From the NCBI GenBank assembly GCA_030599585.1, contig JAUVNS010000032.1, forward strand, positions 1 through 19,715: a DNA stretch of 19,715 bases. Reading direction: 5' to 3'. Origin of the DNA: Promethearchaeota archaeon. Lineage in GTDB: Archaea > Asgardarchaeota > Lokiarchaeia > Sigyniarchaeales > SOKP01. Made by a program: the position numbers and the translations under genes. Under the pieces are notes generated by a model. It searched no databases. It saw nothing but the letters and a program-made list of their open reading frames with translations, and had not been told where the DNA came from. Positions 9,078-17,509 of the stretch are shown here, piece after piece (within the stretch, counting starts at the first letter, position 1; each line of letters opens with the position of its first letter).

Positions 9078-9094
9078 GGGTAGTTACAAAATTC
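9078..9094. mobile_element. Candidate right terminal inverted repeat of an IS
   Basis: GGGTAGTTACAAAATTC about 40 nt downstream of the transposase-like stop. It resembles GG-N3/4-GTTRCAAA ends of IS6-type elements; no partner in the window. Confidence 0.35.
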
Positions 9095-9130
9095 AGTGAT
9101 TGTGTTTAAACCCTTCGATATCTAGTTTTC

Positions 9131-9454
9131 TTAACTAATAGCAAAGTATTCTTGCCAAAGATGCTGATAATTTCTAAAATATAGATCAAGCTTTATTCTT
9201 TTATGCTTAAAATACATTCCATGCCCTCTCGTTGAGGGGTGATTCTGGGTTTCTCGTACTAATAATCGATAACTTTTATAGTTTTTATCGAGTTTAGTAA
9301 CAAAGTTAGGAAATCTGCCAAAATTATGCCTAAAAACACAATAATCTAAGACTCGCTGCGCTCCTTTTATCGTCATCATATTCCGTTTAAACGAGGGGTA
9401 ATACGTGTATTTCTTAAGAAAAAACTCCAATAAATTATCAATTTTTTTCCTTTA
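9131..9454 (-). mobile_element. DDE-type transposase, C-terminal fragment (pseudogene)
   Basis: The frame is open upstream of the called TTG: DNLLEFFLKKYTYYPSFKRNMMTIKGAQRVLDYCVFRHNF. This fits the N-x2-E...FK...GA...HNF pattern following the catalytic Glu of IS6/IS1-like DDE enzymes. Confidence 0.6.
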
Positions 9455-9568
9455 GTTTATGATTTTTGGAAAAGAAAAACTTTATATAATTTTGAAGAAA
9501 ACTTCTCCTCTTGAAATGGAAGTAGAAGTATTGTAATTGTTAATTTGATAAGTCTCAAATTATTAAAT

Positions 9569-10249
9569 TCATGAATGAAGTAATTCATCCTTATGATTCA
9601 ATTTTGTAAGATAAATCCGTTGAAAGCAAAAGTAAGGAATTGCAATTAAGCAGTAAAAAATTGCAAATATATTTCTGAAATAAATATCAATCCCAATGAT
9701 TACCAACCAAATCCCTATCGGAAAACAAGCATTGACAAATAGACGGTTACTGCTAAAAATTGGTTTTACATATTTTAAGTAAGTTATTCCTTTCACAATT
9801 AAACCTGAGAAGATAAGAATAATTCCAATACTATGAAATACCGAGTTAAAATTAAAAACATATATAATAACAAGAATTTTGCCTATTAGTAGACCAATAG
9901 CTGTTCCAAAACATCCTGTACAAATATAATATTTCCCGATTTTAATTTCGTGGTGTAAAAGTTTTGTATTATGATGTGATAATTTAATAATGAGTCGTCC
10001 TTTCCGAAAATATTGCTCACTTAAAACTTCGTCATACGCAAGATTTCTAATCTTAATGTGGATTAAAAAGAAGGTAATTGTTATACTAATTCCAATTAAG
10101 AAGATTAAGAAAATATATCTTTGAATAGATAAACTATCTCTAGGAAACATGATCATATTTAACGATATCCAATCTAAAAGAATTAATAAAAAAATTGGAA
10201 TCGAGATACTAAAGAATATATTCACTTTTATAATACTTTTAAGTCTCAT
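9569..10249 (-). CDS. Multi-pass membrane protein with SHH...CTGCxG motif (DUF2085-like), paralog A
   Basis: About 6 hydrophobic segments; LSHH...HEIKIGKYYICTGCFG; aligns by eye with 14115-14798. Confidence 0.85.
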   Translation of the reverse strand: MRLKSIIKVNIFFSISIPIFLLILLDWISLNMIMFPRDSLSIQRYIFLIFLIGISITITFFLIHIKIRNLAYDEVLSEQYFRKGRLIIKLSHHNTKLLHHEIKIGKYYICTGCFGTAIGLLIGKILVIIYVFNFNSVFHSIGIILIFSGLIVKGITYLKYVKPIFSSNRLFVNACFPIGIWLVIIGIDIYFRNIFAIFYCLIAIPYFCFQRIYLTKLNHKDELLHS

Positions 10250-10325
10250 AAAGCTATATTATTTTTTTTTTGAACTACAGATTAATTATATTAGATTAAA
10301 ATTTATATGTTAAGCAAAATTCCTT

Positions 10326-10340
10326 AAAAAAGTTTAAATA
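10326..10340 (+). promoter_or_regulatory. BRE/TATA promoter of the HEAT-like/metallopeptidase operon
   Basis: AAAAAAG-TTTAAATA about 70 nt upstream of the start. Confidence 0.5.
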
Positions 10341-10403
10341 GGAACATTTCATAATACTCCTTTAGAACAACGCGAAATCAAAAATAATTTAACATTATCT
10401 TAA

Positions 10404-11171
10404 GTGAAAATCATGACTCGAAAACGTAAAGATAATTCTCTTGAAATAAAGAATGTGAATCATCCATTTAAATTTAAAGGAACAAATGATCAAAATTTAA
10501 AGGAAAAAATTGTAGAAACAATTAACCACATGGGATATTTTGGTGATGATGCAGAAAAAGTTTACCAAGAAAGTCTTAAGAAATTAAAAACTGATGCTGA
10601 AAAAGTGATATCGATAGTAAGCGAAGAATATAAAGCCCTACCAGAAACGCAATACCTTAATCGCTGGTCACTCATCCAACTTTTAGCAGAGCTTAAAACA
10701 CCAAGTTCGTTATCGTTTTTAAATGATATCTTATCAACCCCAATTCCCCCTGAAAAATCCAAAGCCCCACAAGAATTTTCAACTCGGGGTGAGGAAGTAA
10801 TTATCCGAACAACTTCTGTTGAAGCGATCGCACGAATTGCGACTCAAGGAAATACAGAAGCAGTTAAAATATTACTTAAACACACACAACATGAGAATTT
10901 TTCTGTTAAGAGGGCGGCTATTCAAGGTTATCTTAGTATTGAAATCGAGAATGCTCGTGAAATTCTTCTAAAAGAGTTACCTGAAAAAGATCGTTATATT
11001 TTGGATATTAAACGAGTAGATGTCAATAAAATACCACAAGCTCATGTGGAAAAAGTTGTAATTGAGAGGGAGAAAGTTGATATTCCAAGAATTCATGCTC
11101 CTAAACCACCGCATAAGACGAAGGATCATTTTAATAAAAAAAACAATAATGAGAAAGGAGGTCTTTTATAG
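10404..11171 (+). CDS. HEAT/ARM-like helical repeat protein
   Basis: RWSLIQLLAELKTPSSLSFLNDIL, IRTTSVEAIARIA...AVKILL, VKRAAIQGY. Likely start is ATG 10413 (GTGA SD). Its stop overlaps the next start (TAGTG). Confidence 0.85.
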   Translation: MKIMTRKRKDNSLEIKNVNHPFKFKGTNDQNLKEKIVETINHMGYFGDDAEKVYQESLKKLKTDAEKVISIVSEEYKALPETQYLNRWSLIQLLAELKTPSSLSFLNDILSTPIPPEKSKAPQEFSTRGEEVIIRTTSVEAIARIATQGNTEAVKILLKHTQHENFSVKRAAIQGYLSIEIENAREILLKELPEKDRYILDIKRVDVNKIPQAHVEKVVIEREKVDIPRIHAPKPPHKTKDHFNKKNNNEKGGLL

Positions 11172-11857
11172 TGGCAACGTGTTCTTATACAGTTCCGGAT
11201 AAAAATGCTAGTGGAGACAATTTCTATGGTCAGTTTATATGCCGTCAGGATATGATTGACTTTTTTTGGAATGGGTATGGGTTTTCTGGTAATAAAGACT
11301 ATTGGGATGACGGTTTTGGGTGGCATGATTGTTGTAATACCGATAAACCATTGGCCCGTACTTTTAATGCTCTTTATCTGCTTAATTATTCTGCTGAAGA
11401 TTACATGAATGAAGATTGGAATTCCCCAATTCTAAATTGGGGTTGTAGATATGCTCGTAATCAACTTGACGATTTGCGATCAAAATGTGGGGACGGAAGT
11501 GCTAATGCTACATCATTTTCTGGAGCATGTCAAGATAATCGCGTTGAACTATACTTAGGATTTTTCTATAATAAAGATGTCCCTACGAGAGCAGGAACTT
11601 TACTTCATGAAGCAAGGCATCAAGGGGGTAAAGGTCATAATGCAAAGTTTCCTACTGGTTCGATCTACGGTGCTGGAAAAGATGGGGCAGATTCAAATTG
11701 GCAATATGAGGGTGCTTGGATGTATGATGCATTGTATTTATGGTGGTTTTATGCCGCCGGAACCTACACAACTTCTGCAATGAAAGATCTAGCTCGTCAG
11801 CGTGGAAATGTGGTCATTGATAATGCCTTTGCTACTCATCCAGGGTATAGTATATAG
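11171..11857 (+). CDS. Cys-rich zinc metallopeptidase-like protein (HExxHxxGxxH)
   Basis: RAGTLLHEARHQGGKGH motif; 7 Cys in the N-terminal half; AGGAGGT SD at 11156-11162, 8 nt before GTG. Confidence 0.9.
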   Translation: MATCSYTVPDKNASGDNFYGQFICRQDMIDFFWNGYGFSGNKDYWDDGFGWHDCCNTDKPLARTFNALYLLNYSAEDYMNEDWNSPILNWGCRYARNQLDDLRSKCGDGSANATSFSGACQDNRVELYLGFFYNKDVPTRAGTLLHEARHQGGKGHNAKFPTGSIYGAGKDGADSNWQYEGAWMYDALYLWWFYAAGTYTTSAMKDLARQRGNVVIDNAFATHPGYSI

Positions 11858-12168
11858 TTAAGAATCTCAAATAATTTATACTACTTAACATTAGGATGAA
11901 AAAATTTAAGCAATCAAAATACACCAATTCCTGATCAATGTAGATTTATTCCTATTTAGATTCAAGAAGGGGGAAATAGGCGAAAACTAGAAGGAATCTT
12001 TATTTTTCTATCTTTCCTCGATTTTTTCTGAATAAATTTTTCATTCGGTCAAAAATGATATGTTTATTTAAGTTTGTTAATTAATGCTGATAATTTCTAC
12101 CGATATTCAAACCCACGAAAAATTTTTAAATAGAAATATAGATAGAATCATTTAACTAAAAGTGTATT

Positions 12169-12183
12169 AAAAGTTTATAAATA
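12169..12183 (+). promoter_or_regulatory. BRE/TATA promoter candidate upstream of the M15 peptidase
   Basis: AAAAG-TTTATAAATA about 140 nt upstream of ATG 12322. Confidence 0.35.
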
Positions 12184-12321
12184 ATTATTAAATTAGACAT
12201 ATCTTAACTAACTACTTTCAAAGTAAACTAAACCAAAATTTGAAGAAGATTCTTATAACGGAGAGAATTCTAAATTTAAATAAATGAAGATATAAAAGAT
12301 ATAATAAAAGACTGATAAATT

Positions 12322-12930
12322 ATGGTTGAATTTAAAAGTAAAGTTAATCAAAGTTATATGAATAGCAGAATCACTAGTATTTACTCTAAATTAGATGAAA
12401 TTTTTAAGAAGTATACAGATGACAAAAGAGAATGTGTCATCACTTCAGTAAGAGAGGGAAGACATGGAATTGGACCTGGATCTTTACATTATATCGGTCG
12501 TGCTATAGATGTTCGAACGCGGGATATGAGTAAACGAAATATCCAAAATGTATTAATCGCTTTAAGATCTTCTCTGGGAAAAGCTTTTCAAGTAGTAGAC
12601 GAAACATTAAAACCTGAGGGACCACATATTCATATTGAATATGATCCTAAAGATGAAGCATGGACATCTTGGGTGCCACAATTGGAATTAGTGCAGTTAT
12701 TTGAGAGCAAAAAAAATAGAGAGTATCCAGTTGAACTTGAAGGCGCTTGGAACACTTTCACTAAAATCCCGCAATTTCGGGGAGTATATAAATCTCACTT
12801 TGCACCGCCTTTTATGTTTTGGGCTTTAATTGGATTAAACGATCAACAATTTCAAAATTTAGATCGTGAAAGAAAAGCTAATAACTTCTATAAGAACAAT
12901 TACTATAACAGAAATGATAATAATTGTTAG
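12322..12930 (+). CDS. Peptidase M15-like (Hedgehog/DD-peptidase fold) Zn hydrolase with a truncated C-terminal domain
   Basis: VITSVREGRH...SLHYIGRAIDVR...PHIHIEYD gives the H-x6-D and HxH Zn-ligand motifs. The last ~13 codons are the antisense of another gene's start. Confidence 0.88.
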   Translation: MVEFKSKVNQSYMNSRITSIYSKLDEIFKKYTDDKRECVITSVREGRHGIGPGSLHYIGRAIDVRTRDMSKRNIQNVLIALRSSLGKAFQVVDETLKPEGPHIHIEYDPKDEAWTSWVPQLELVQLFESKKNREYPVELEGAWNTFTKIPQFRGVYKSHFAPPFMFWALIGLNDQQFQNLDRERKANNFYKNNYYNRNDNNC

Positions 12931-12945
12931 AATTGCTTCTTCCAT
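12859..12945 (-). pseudogene. 5' stump of a membrane protein gene colliding with the M15 gene
   Basis: GGAGGT SD (12958-12953) + 7 nt + ATG: MEEAILTIIIISVIVIVLIEVISFSFTI*. Confidence 0.55.
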
Positions 12946-12966
12946 TTTATTTACCTCCTTTTTGTT

Positions 12967-13357
12967 TTATTCTTCTAATGATTTAATTTTATGGAATTTA
13001 AATAGTGCTTTATCAATTTCTCTTAATTTTCTTTTCACTTTTTTAGATATTTCCAAAATTATCGAACGATAAATATGATACCCTTTTATAGTATCTCTAA
13101 TGGCTGACATTTTAACATCTATTATTTCAGAACTCCATTCTCCTTTTTTTATATCAAGTAATTTACTTATTAAAAAATATAAAGCAATTTTTCCAATAAA
13201 CAAAAAATATATGGTCATAACAGAATTTGGCTCGACAAGTTTGCTTTTTGTATATAATTGGAACTCTCAATTGAGAGATCACCAAAAACAATCCCCAATA
13301 AAAGCGATTTGCTTTTTGAATAAGGAATAATAAAAAAATAAAAAAAAATCCTATCAA
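12967..13357 (-). pseudogene. Frameshifted or 5'-truncated hypothetical membrane-associated gene
   Basis: Overlapping minus ORFs 13163-13357 and 12967-13218; the stop lies just before the SD of the next minus-strand gene (operon-like). Confidence 0.35.
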
Positions 13358-14080
13358 GGATTCAGTACCAGCACATCACTTACATTAAATGATTGGAATT
13401 TGGTTTGTATAGTTCGTGACTTGGAAAACATGACTTTAAGCTGGTATATCGATGGAGCGCTTGTTAATCAAGCAGCAGCTTCATACTCAGCAGCTACTGC
13501 AGGCACCAATCCTGTTTACATCGGAAAAGGATATGTATCTAATTATAAGGGATATATAGATGACGTTCGTGTCTATAATCGCAGTCTGACCGGGGAAGAG
13601 ATCGGTTTTCTCTATAATGGCACTAAAGGTTTAATAATATCAAACGATTGGGATTCAGTTGAAGTGGAGAGAATTGTACCAGATGGAGATTATTACGGTA
13701 CGTATAGTTTTGAGGAGGATACCCACGGAACTGCGGGAACATCAATAAGTTTTATCGATGAATATCACGGATATGGATCAGGTTATTATTGTGATATATT
13801 AGCCCTTGATGGACCGTTAGATGGGCATAATAACTATTTAAGTATGAGAGATGCCCAGGGAAGTAAAAATACCTGGGGAGTTCATAATTTTGACGACTCT
13901 CAATCTTCTGGTACTATTGAATTCTTCACCCGGAACGGTCACGTGATATCCTCTTCGCGTCATTATTTCTACTTACGATCCACATCCGATACAATAGCCT
14001 TCGGAATGCAATTTGAGAGTCTCATGTTGGAAATTATATATAACCTCTTGATTAAAAGATGTTTCGGAGTTTTTAGTTAG
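13352..14080 (+). pseudogene. Internal fragment of a large LamG/ConA-like surface protein
   Basis: LNDWNLVCIVRD...WYIDG...VYIG...YKGYIDDVRVYNRSLTGEEI is the LamG C-terminal half, followed by a second beta-rich domain (YYGTYSFE...SGTIEFF). The frame is open upstream of the called TTG with no real start, and similarity ends near 14020. Confidence 0.8.
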
Positions 14081-14114
14081 TTTTGGCAACATAAATAAAG
14101 ACGGAAGACCGGTA

Positions 14115-14798
14115 CTATATATTTCTCCCGAAAAATTCATTACTAGCATGAATTCTTTTTAACAGTCGTCTATCATCAATCTTTGCAATTTTCCACCTAA
14201 AAAATGCGATTCCAATTAGTAATAATTCATAAATACCATTTATAACCCAATTTTGAAATAATTTATCTATAATGCACAAGAGGAGAACTATTCCTAAAGG
14301 TAGAAATACATTCGAGATAAATCGTAATGGTGGCTTCATTAGAATAAAAATTAAATATCGTAGAATAATAGGAATAAACAAAAATGGAATTAAACTGAAT
14401 AAAGGGATTATTGTAGCTGAGTTAAAACCGTATATTATATAATAGATGATTAATACTACCGAAATGCATATTCCAAAACACATTCCATAACAGCCAGTAC
14501 AAAAATATTTTCCTTTAATCTTAAACTCCTTACCATTCTCACGTAGTTTTTTAATATGATGACTATGAACAATCACTAAAGAACCAAATCGAGTCACCAT
14601 CCACGGACCCATTCTTTTAATACTTTCGCTCATGAAACGAATTCCTGAAATCCTAATTGCAAGTATTAAGGCACCTAGCAATAATACTATTAATGGTCCT
14701 TTTGAGCCATAAAATAACCCACTTACTAAAATGAAACCTGTCGCAATAACTATGAAAGAGACAAGATATTTATGATTATCAGAAATCTCTAATACCAC
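14115..14798 (-). CDS. Multi-pass membrane protein with SHH...CTGCxG motif (DUF2085-like), paralog B
   Basis: About 6 hydrophobic segments; HSHH...EFKIKGKYFCTGCYG. Confidence 0.85.
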   Translation of the reverse strand: MVLEISDNHKYLVSFIVIATGFILVSGLFYGSKGPLIVLLLGALILAIRISGIRFMSESIKRMGPWMVTRFGSLVIVHSHHIKKLRENGKEFKIKGKYFCTGCYGMCFGICISVVLIIYYIIYGFNSATIIPLFSLIPFLFIPIILRYLIFILMKPPLRFISNVFLPLGIVLLLCIIDKLFQNWVINGIYELLLIGIAFFRWKIAKIDDRRLLKRIHASNEFFGRNI

Positions 14799-15046
14799 CT
14801 AATAATAATCAATAGATTTTTTCTCGTAAAATAAATTAAAATTTCGATTCCATAATAATAAGGCAAGATATCATGTTTTTAACTTTTATTAGTTCAGATT
14901 TAGGAAGCAACTTATGTATCCTCGATTAAGCTAATTGGTGCACTAGCATTTTTAATTATTTCCTCGAAAAAATATATATATTATAATAATTTATCAAAAA
15001 TATTATACATTTTTGTATTAAAATTTAATCCAAAAGAAAAATCGAG

Positions 15047-15169
15047 GTGGTTAAAATAAGTTCGTGTTGTGGGGGTAGTAGTAAGACGAAATGCCCGGAA
15101 TGTAACAAAAGTCTTGATCCGTGGGAACAGAAGCATAAGACATGTCTTGGTTGCGGACATGAATGGTAA
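15047..15169 (+). CDS. Cys-rich zinc-finger microprotein (37-40 aa; not in ORF track)
   Basis: (M)VKISSCCGGSSKTKCPECNKSLDPWEQKHKTCLGCGHEW*: CC + CPxC + CxxCGHxW. A GAGGTG SD sits 6 nt before an ATA codon (15056). Confidence 0.75.
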   Translation: MVKISSCCGGSSKTKCPECNKSLDPWEQKHKTCLGCGHEW

Positions 15170-15298
15170 AATAATGAATAATTTAGTAGAAATCCAAAAT
15201 ACCCTCAAAAATATTCAAAGTTTTATCACTAAACAACAAAATTCTTTTATCGTGATAGCTTTATAAATTTTTTTAAATTAGGACAAGTAAGGCGAATA

Positions 15299-15628
15299 TT
15301 GAGACGCAGCGATAATCTACGAGTAGATGAATTTGGTGCTGACCATAATGAAGGAATATCTGAATTACAATTTGAGTCATTAAAGGAAGCATTAGGCGAA
15401 GGAATTAATTTTGTCCACGCTGTGGAGACGGGGCTAAGCGCTGATCCTACGATGTTAAGAGGTATTTTAGAACTAAGTAATCTCACTATAATATCAAACT
15501 CTGATAGTCACTCACTCTCTTTAAATAGGTTAGGAAGAGAAGTAACGGTTTTAGATTTAAACAGATTAACTTATCGAGAAATCATAAGATCAATTAGAAA
15601 AAACAAAATAGTAAAAACCGTTTTTTGA
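15299..15628 (+). pseudogene. Endonuclease Q family (PHP domain) internal fragment
   Basis: AVETGLSADP...IISNSDSHS...RLGRE is the EndoQ/YqxK signature. The N-terminal HxH motifs and the C-terminal Zn finger are missing. Confidence 0.8.
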
Positions 15629-15641
15629 TAAAATACGTTGA

Positions 15642-16763
15642 GATGAAAAAAGAATTATAATAGATCAACAAGAATATGAAGAATATTTTTTAGAGGGAAA
15701 CTTCGCAAAATGTTCGGATCTACAAATGGAAATTAGCGAACTGTCTGTAGAAGTATCTGATAATCTAGACAAATTTACAAATGGGTTGATGGGCGTATTT
15801 TCTGAATTTGAACAGCATGCGCTTATAACTCAAGAAGAATATGAGAATGCTCAGGATTCCGTTGCCATAAATGGTTTACCTCTTGAGGAACTAGAACTTT
15901 TACAAGATATTGGGTTTACGAATACAGATATAGAGAGAGTTACTGAGAGTGCCTTATCTTTAGATGATTATGATAGAATATCAAGTTTCAGTGAGACTTT
16001 TGCAAATCTCTCATATTTTTTCAATGTGCAAGAAAATTTATACATTCAATCCTCGGTTACCGCTCTAAATAATTCGATTACCATGAATGTGGATTATTTA
16101 AATGAAGTAGTAAGCAGTGCAACTCCAATCGAGCAGAAAAATTTGAGAACTTTGAAAGATCAACTTGAAAATGCTGTAAATAACTCGAATTGGTTTAAGG
16201 CAGAACAAATAGCGCATAATTTAATGAATTATTCAAGATATATCATCACTCAAACGAATAATAATAGTTACAATGAATTATATGAGTATGGAAATTTTAT
16301 TATTCAATATATAAAACTAATGCTTTCATTGGACCTTAAAGTTTCTCTTGAAGAAATTGATATTCAAGCAGGAATTAGTGAAGAAATAAGAATCTCTGTG
16401 ACTAACAAAGAAAATGAACAATGTACTTGTATTATTAGTTTAGATACCGAGTTTCCTGAGTGGTTTGAGTACAATACGACATTTGAATTGAATCCATACG
16501 AGACTAAGACGATTTCCATTAAAATACTAATCTCTACTTCCCCTTCTATTCCTATAGGTACATATCCTGTTAACATTTCAATCTTTCGAGAAGATAATCC
16601 CGATATTAGAGATAATGCCCAAATTTTAATTATTTTTACAGAGGATGATACCACACCCCCTGAGATATCAATTGAATATCATGGCTTAAAGACAGATGAA
16701 GATCCCGGTTTTTGGGATGTTCTTATTTCAGATCAACATTCTTCTCTAAGAAGACTTAGGTAA
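15642..16763 (+). pseudogene. Internal fragment of a large surface protein (helical region + Ig-like/NEW3-CARDB-like domain)
   Basis: The frame is open 28 codons upstream of ATG 15726. Ig-like ISVTNK...ELNPYETKTISI...PIGTYPVNISI; it ends shortly after the DDTTPPEI start of a new domain; no signal peptide or anchor. Confidence 0.65.
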
Positions 16764-16829
16764 AGATTGGAAAAAAATAATGAAGAAAATTTAAAATATA
16801 ATCCTCTTTTTTATATATGAGTTTTATGT

Positions 16830-17333
16830 TTAGACTAAAACTTTATTTAGTTTCTGTAATAATTCAATTAATTCTGGTTTTATTTTGTCGTATCCAAGAA
16901 TCTCTATTATTTCCTTCTTGTTTTTTCTTATAAACATTATAAAATAATGAGAACAGACGATGTCTAAAGGAACTTCTATTTGTAACTTAACTCTACTTCC
17001 TTGGAGAAGTAATGATGGTATTGAGATATTTCCTTTTGCTTGGCATATTGGACATCTCACTTTGATGGTTTTATTGTCTACACCTATAACTTTTCTTGCG
17101 GTATAAGCAATCTCGTACTGTGTTCTATAATCGAATTTTCGATCTATAGTTATAATCCTAATATGATCGCAAGTCCTTTCGCCTTTTGGAATGGGGTAGA
17201 GAAGAATCCCACCTTCTGAGAATTTAAACGCTTCCGTTGGTACTTTTATAGAACCGATTTTTCCGCACTTTTTGCATGTAGGAAGACGTACTGTTTTTTC
17301 AGTGAAATCTACAACATCCATATGAAATTTCAA
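16830..17333 (-). CDS. Tandem Zn-binding domain protein (2 x CxxC-x29/31-CxH)
   Basis: CKKC...G.I.VP...CDH and CPIC...G.I.IP...CSH. Likely start is ATG 17321. Confidence 0.8.
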   Translation of the reverse strand: MKFHMDVVDFTEKTVRLPTCKKCGKIGSIKVPTEAFKFSEGGILLYPIPKGERTCDHIRIITIDRKFDYRTQYEIAYTARKVIGVDNKTIKVRCPICQAKGNISIPSLLLQGSRVKLQIEVPLDIVCSHYFIMFIRKNKKEIIEILGYDKIKPELIELLQKLNKVLV

Positions 17334-17509
17334 CTTTTATGATTTTAATAAAATTTAGTTTTTATGTCTAAAATAACACATTATTTCTGTCTTATATTGG
17401 TAACTTTCCCATAAATCAAAGAGCAAATTGTTAAAGGTTCAAAAAAAATTAGGTGTTTTAATATGTATTATGTATTTTATCAAAATTAGTAACTGATTGT
17501 TTTATTTAA

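Noticed and set aside
4009-16654. Short ORFs antisense to or nested in real genes (4009-4194, 4188-4394, 5650-5859, 6626-6877, 10562-10762, 11126-11326, 11577-11783, 12866-13072, 13100-13330, 14981-15208, 15069-15266, 15247-15486, 16364-16654)
   Set aside because: Shadow frames of better-supported genes; no motifs.
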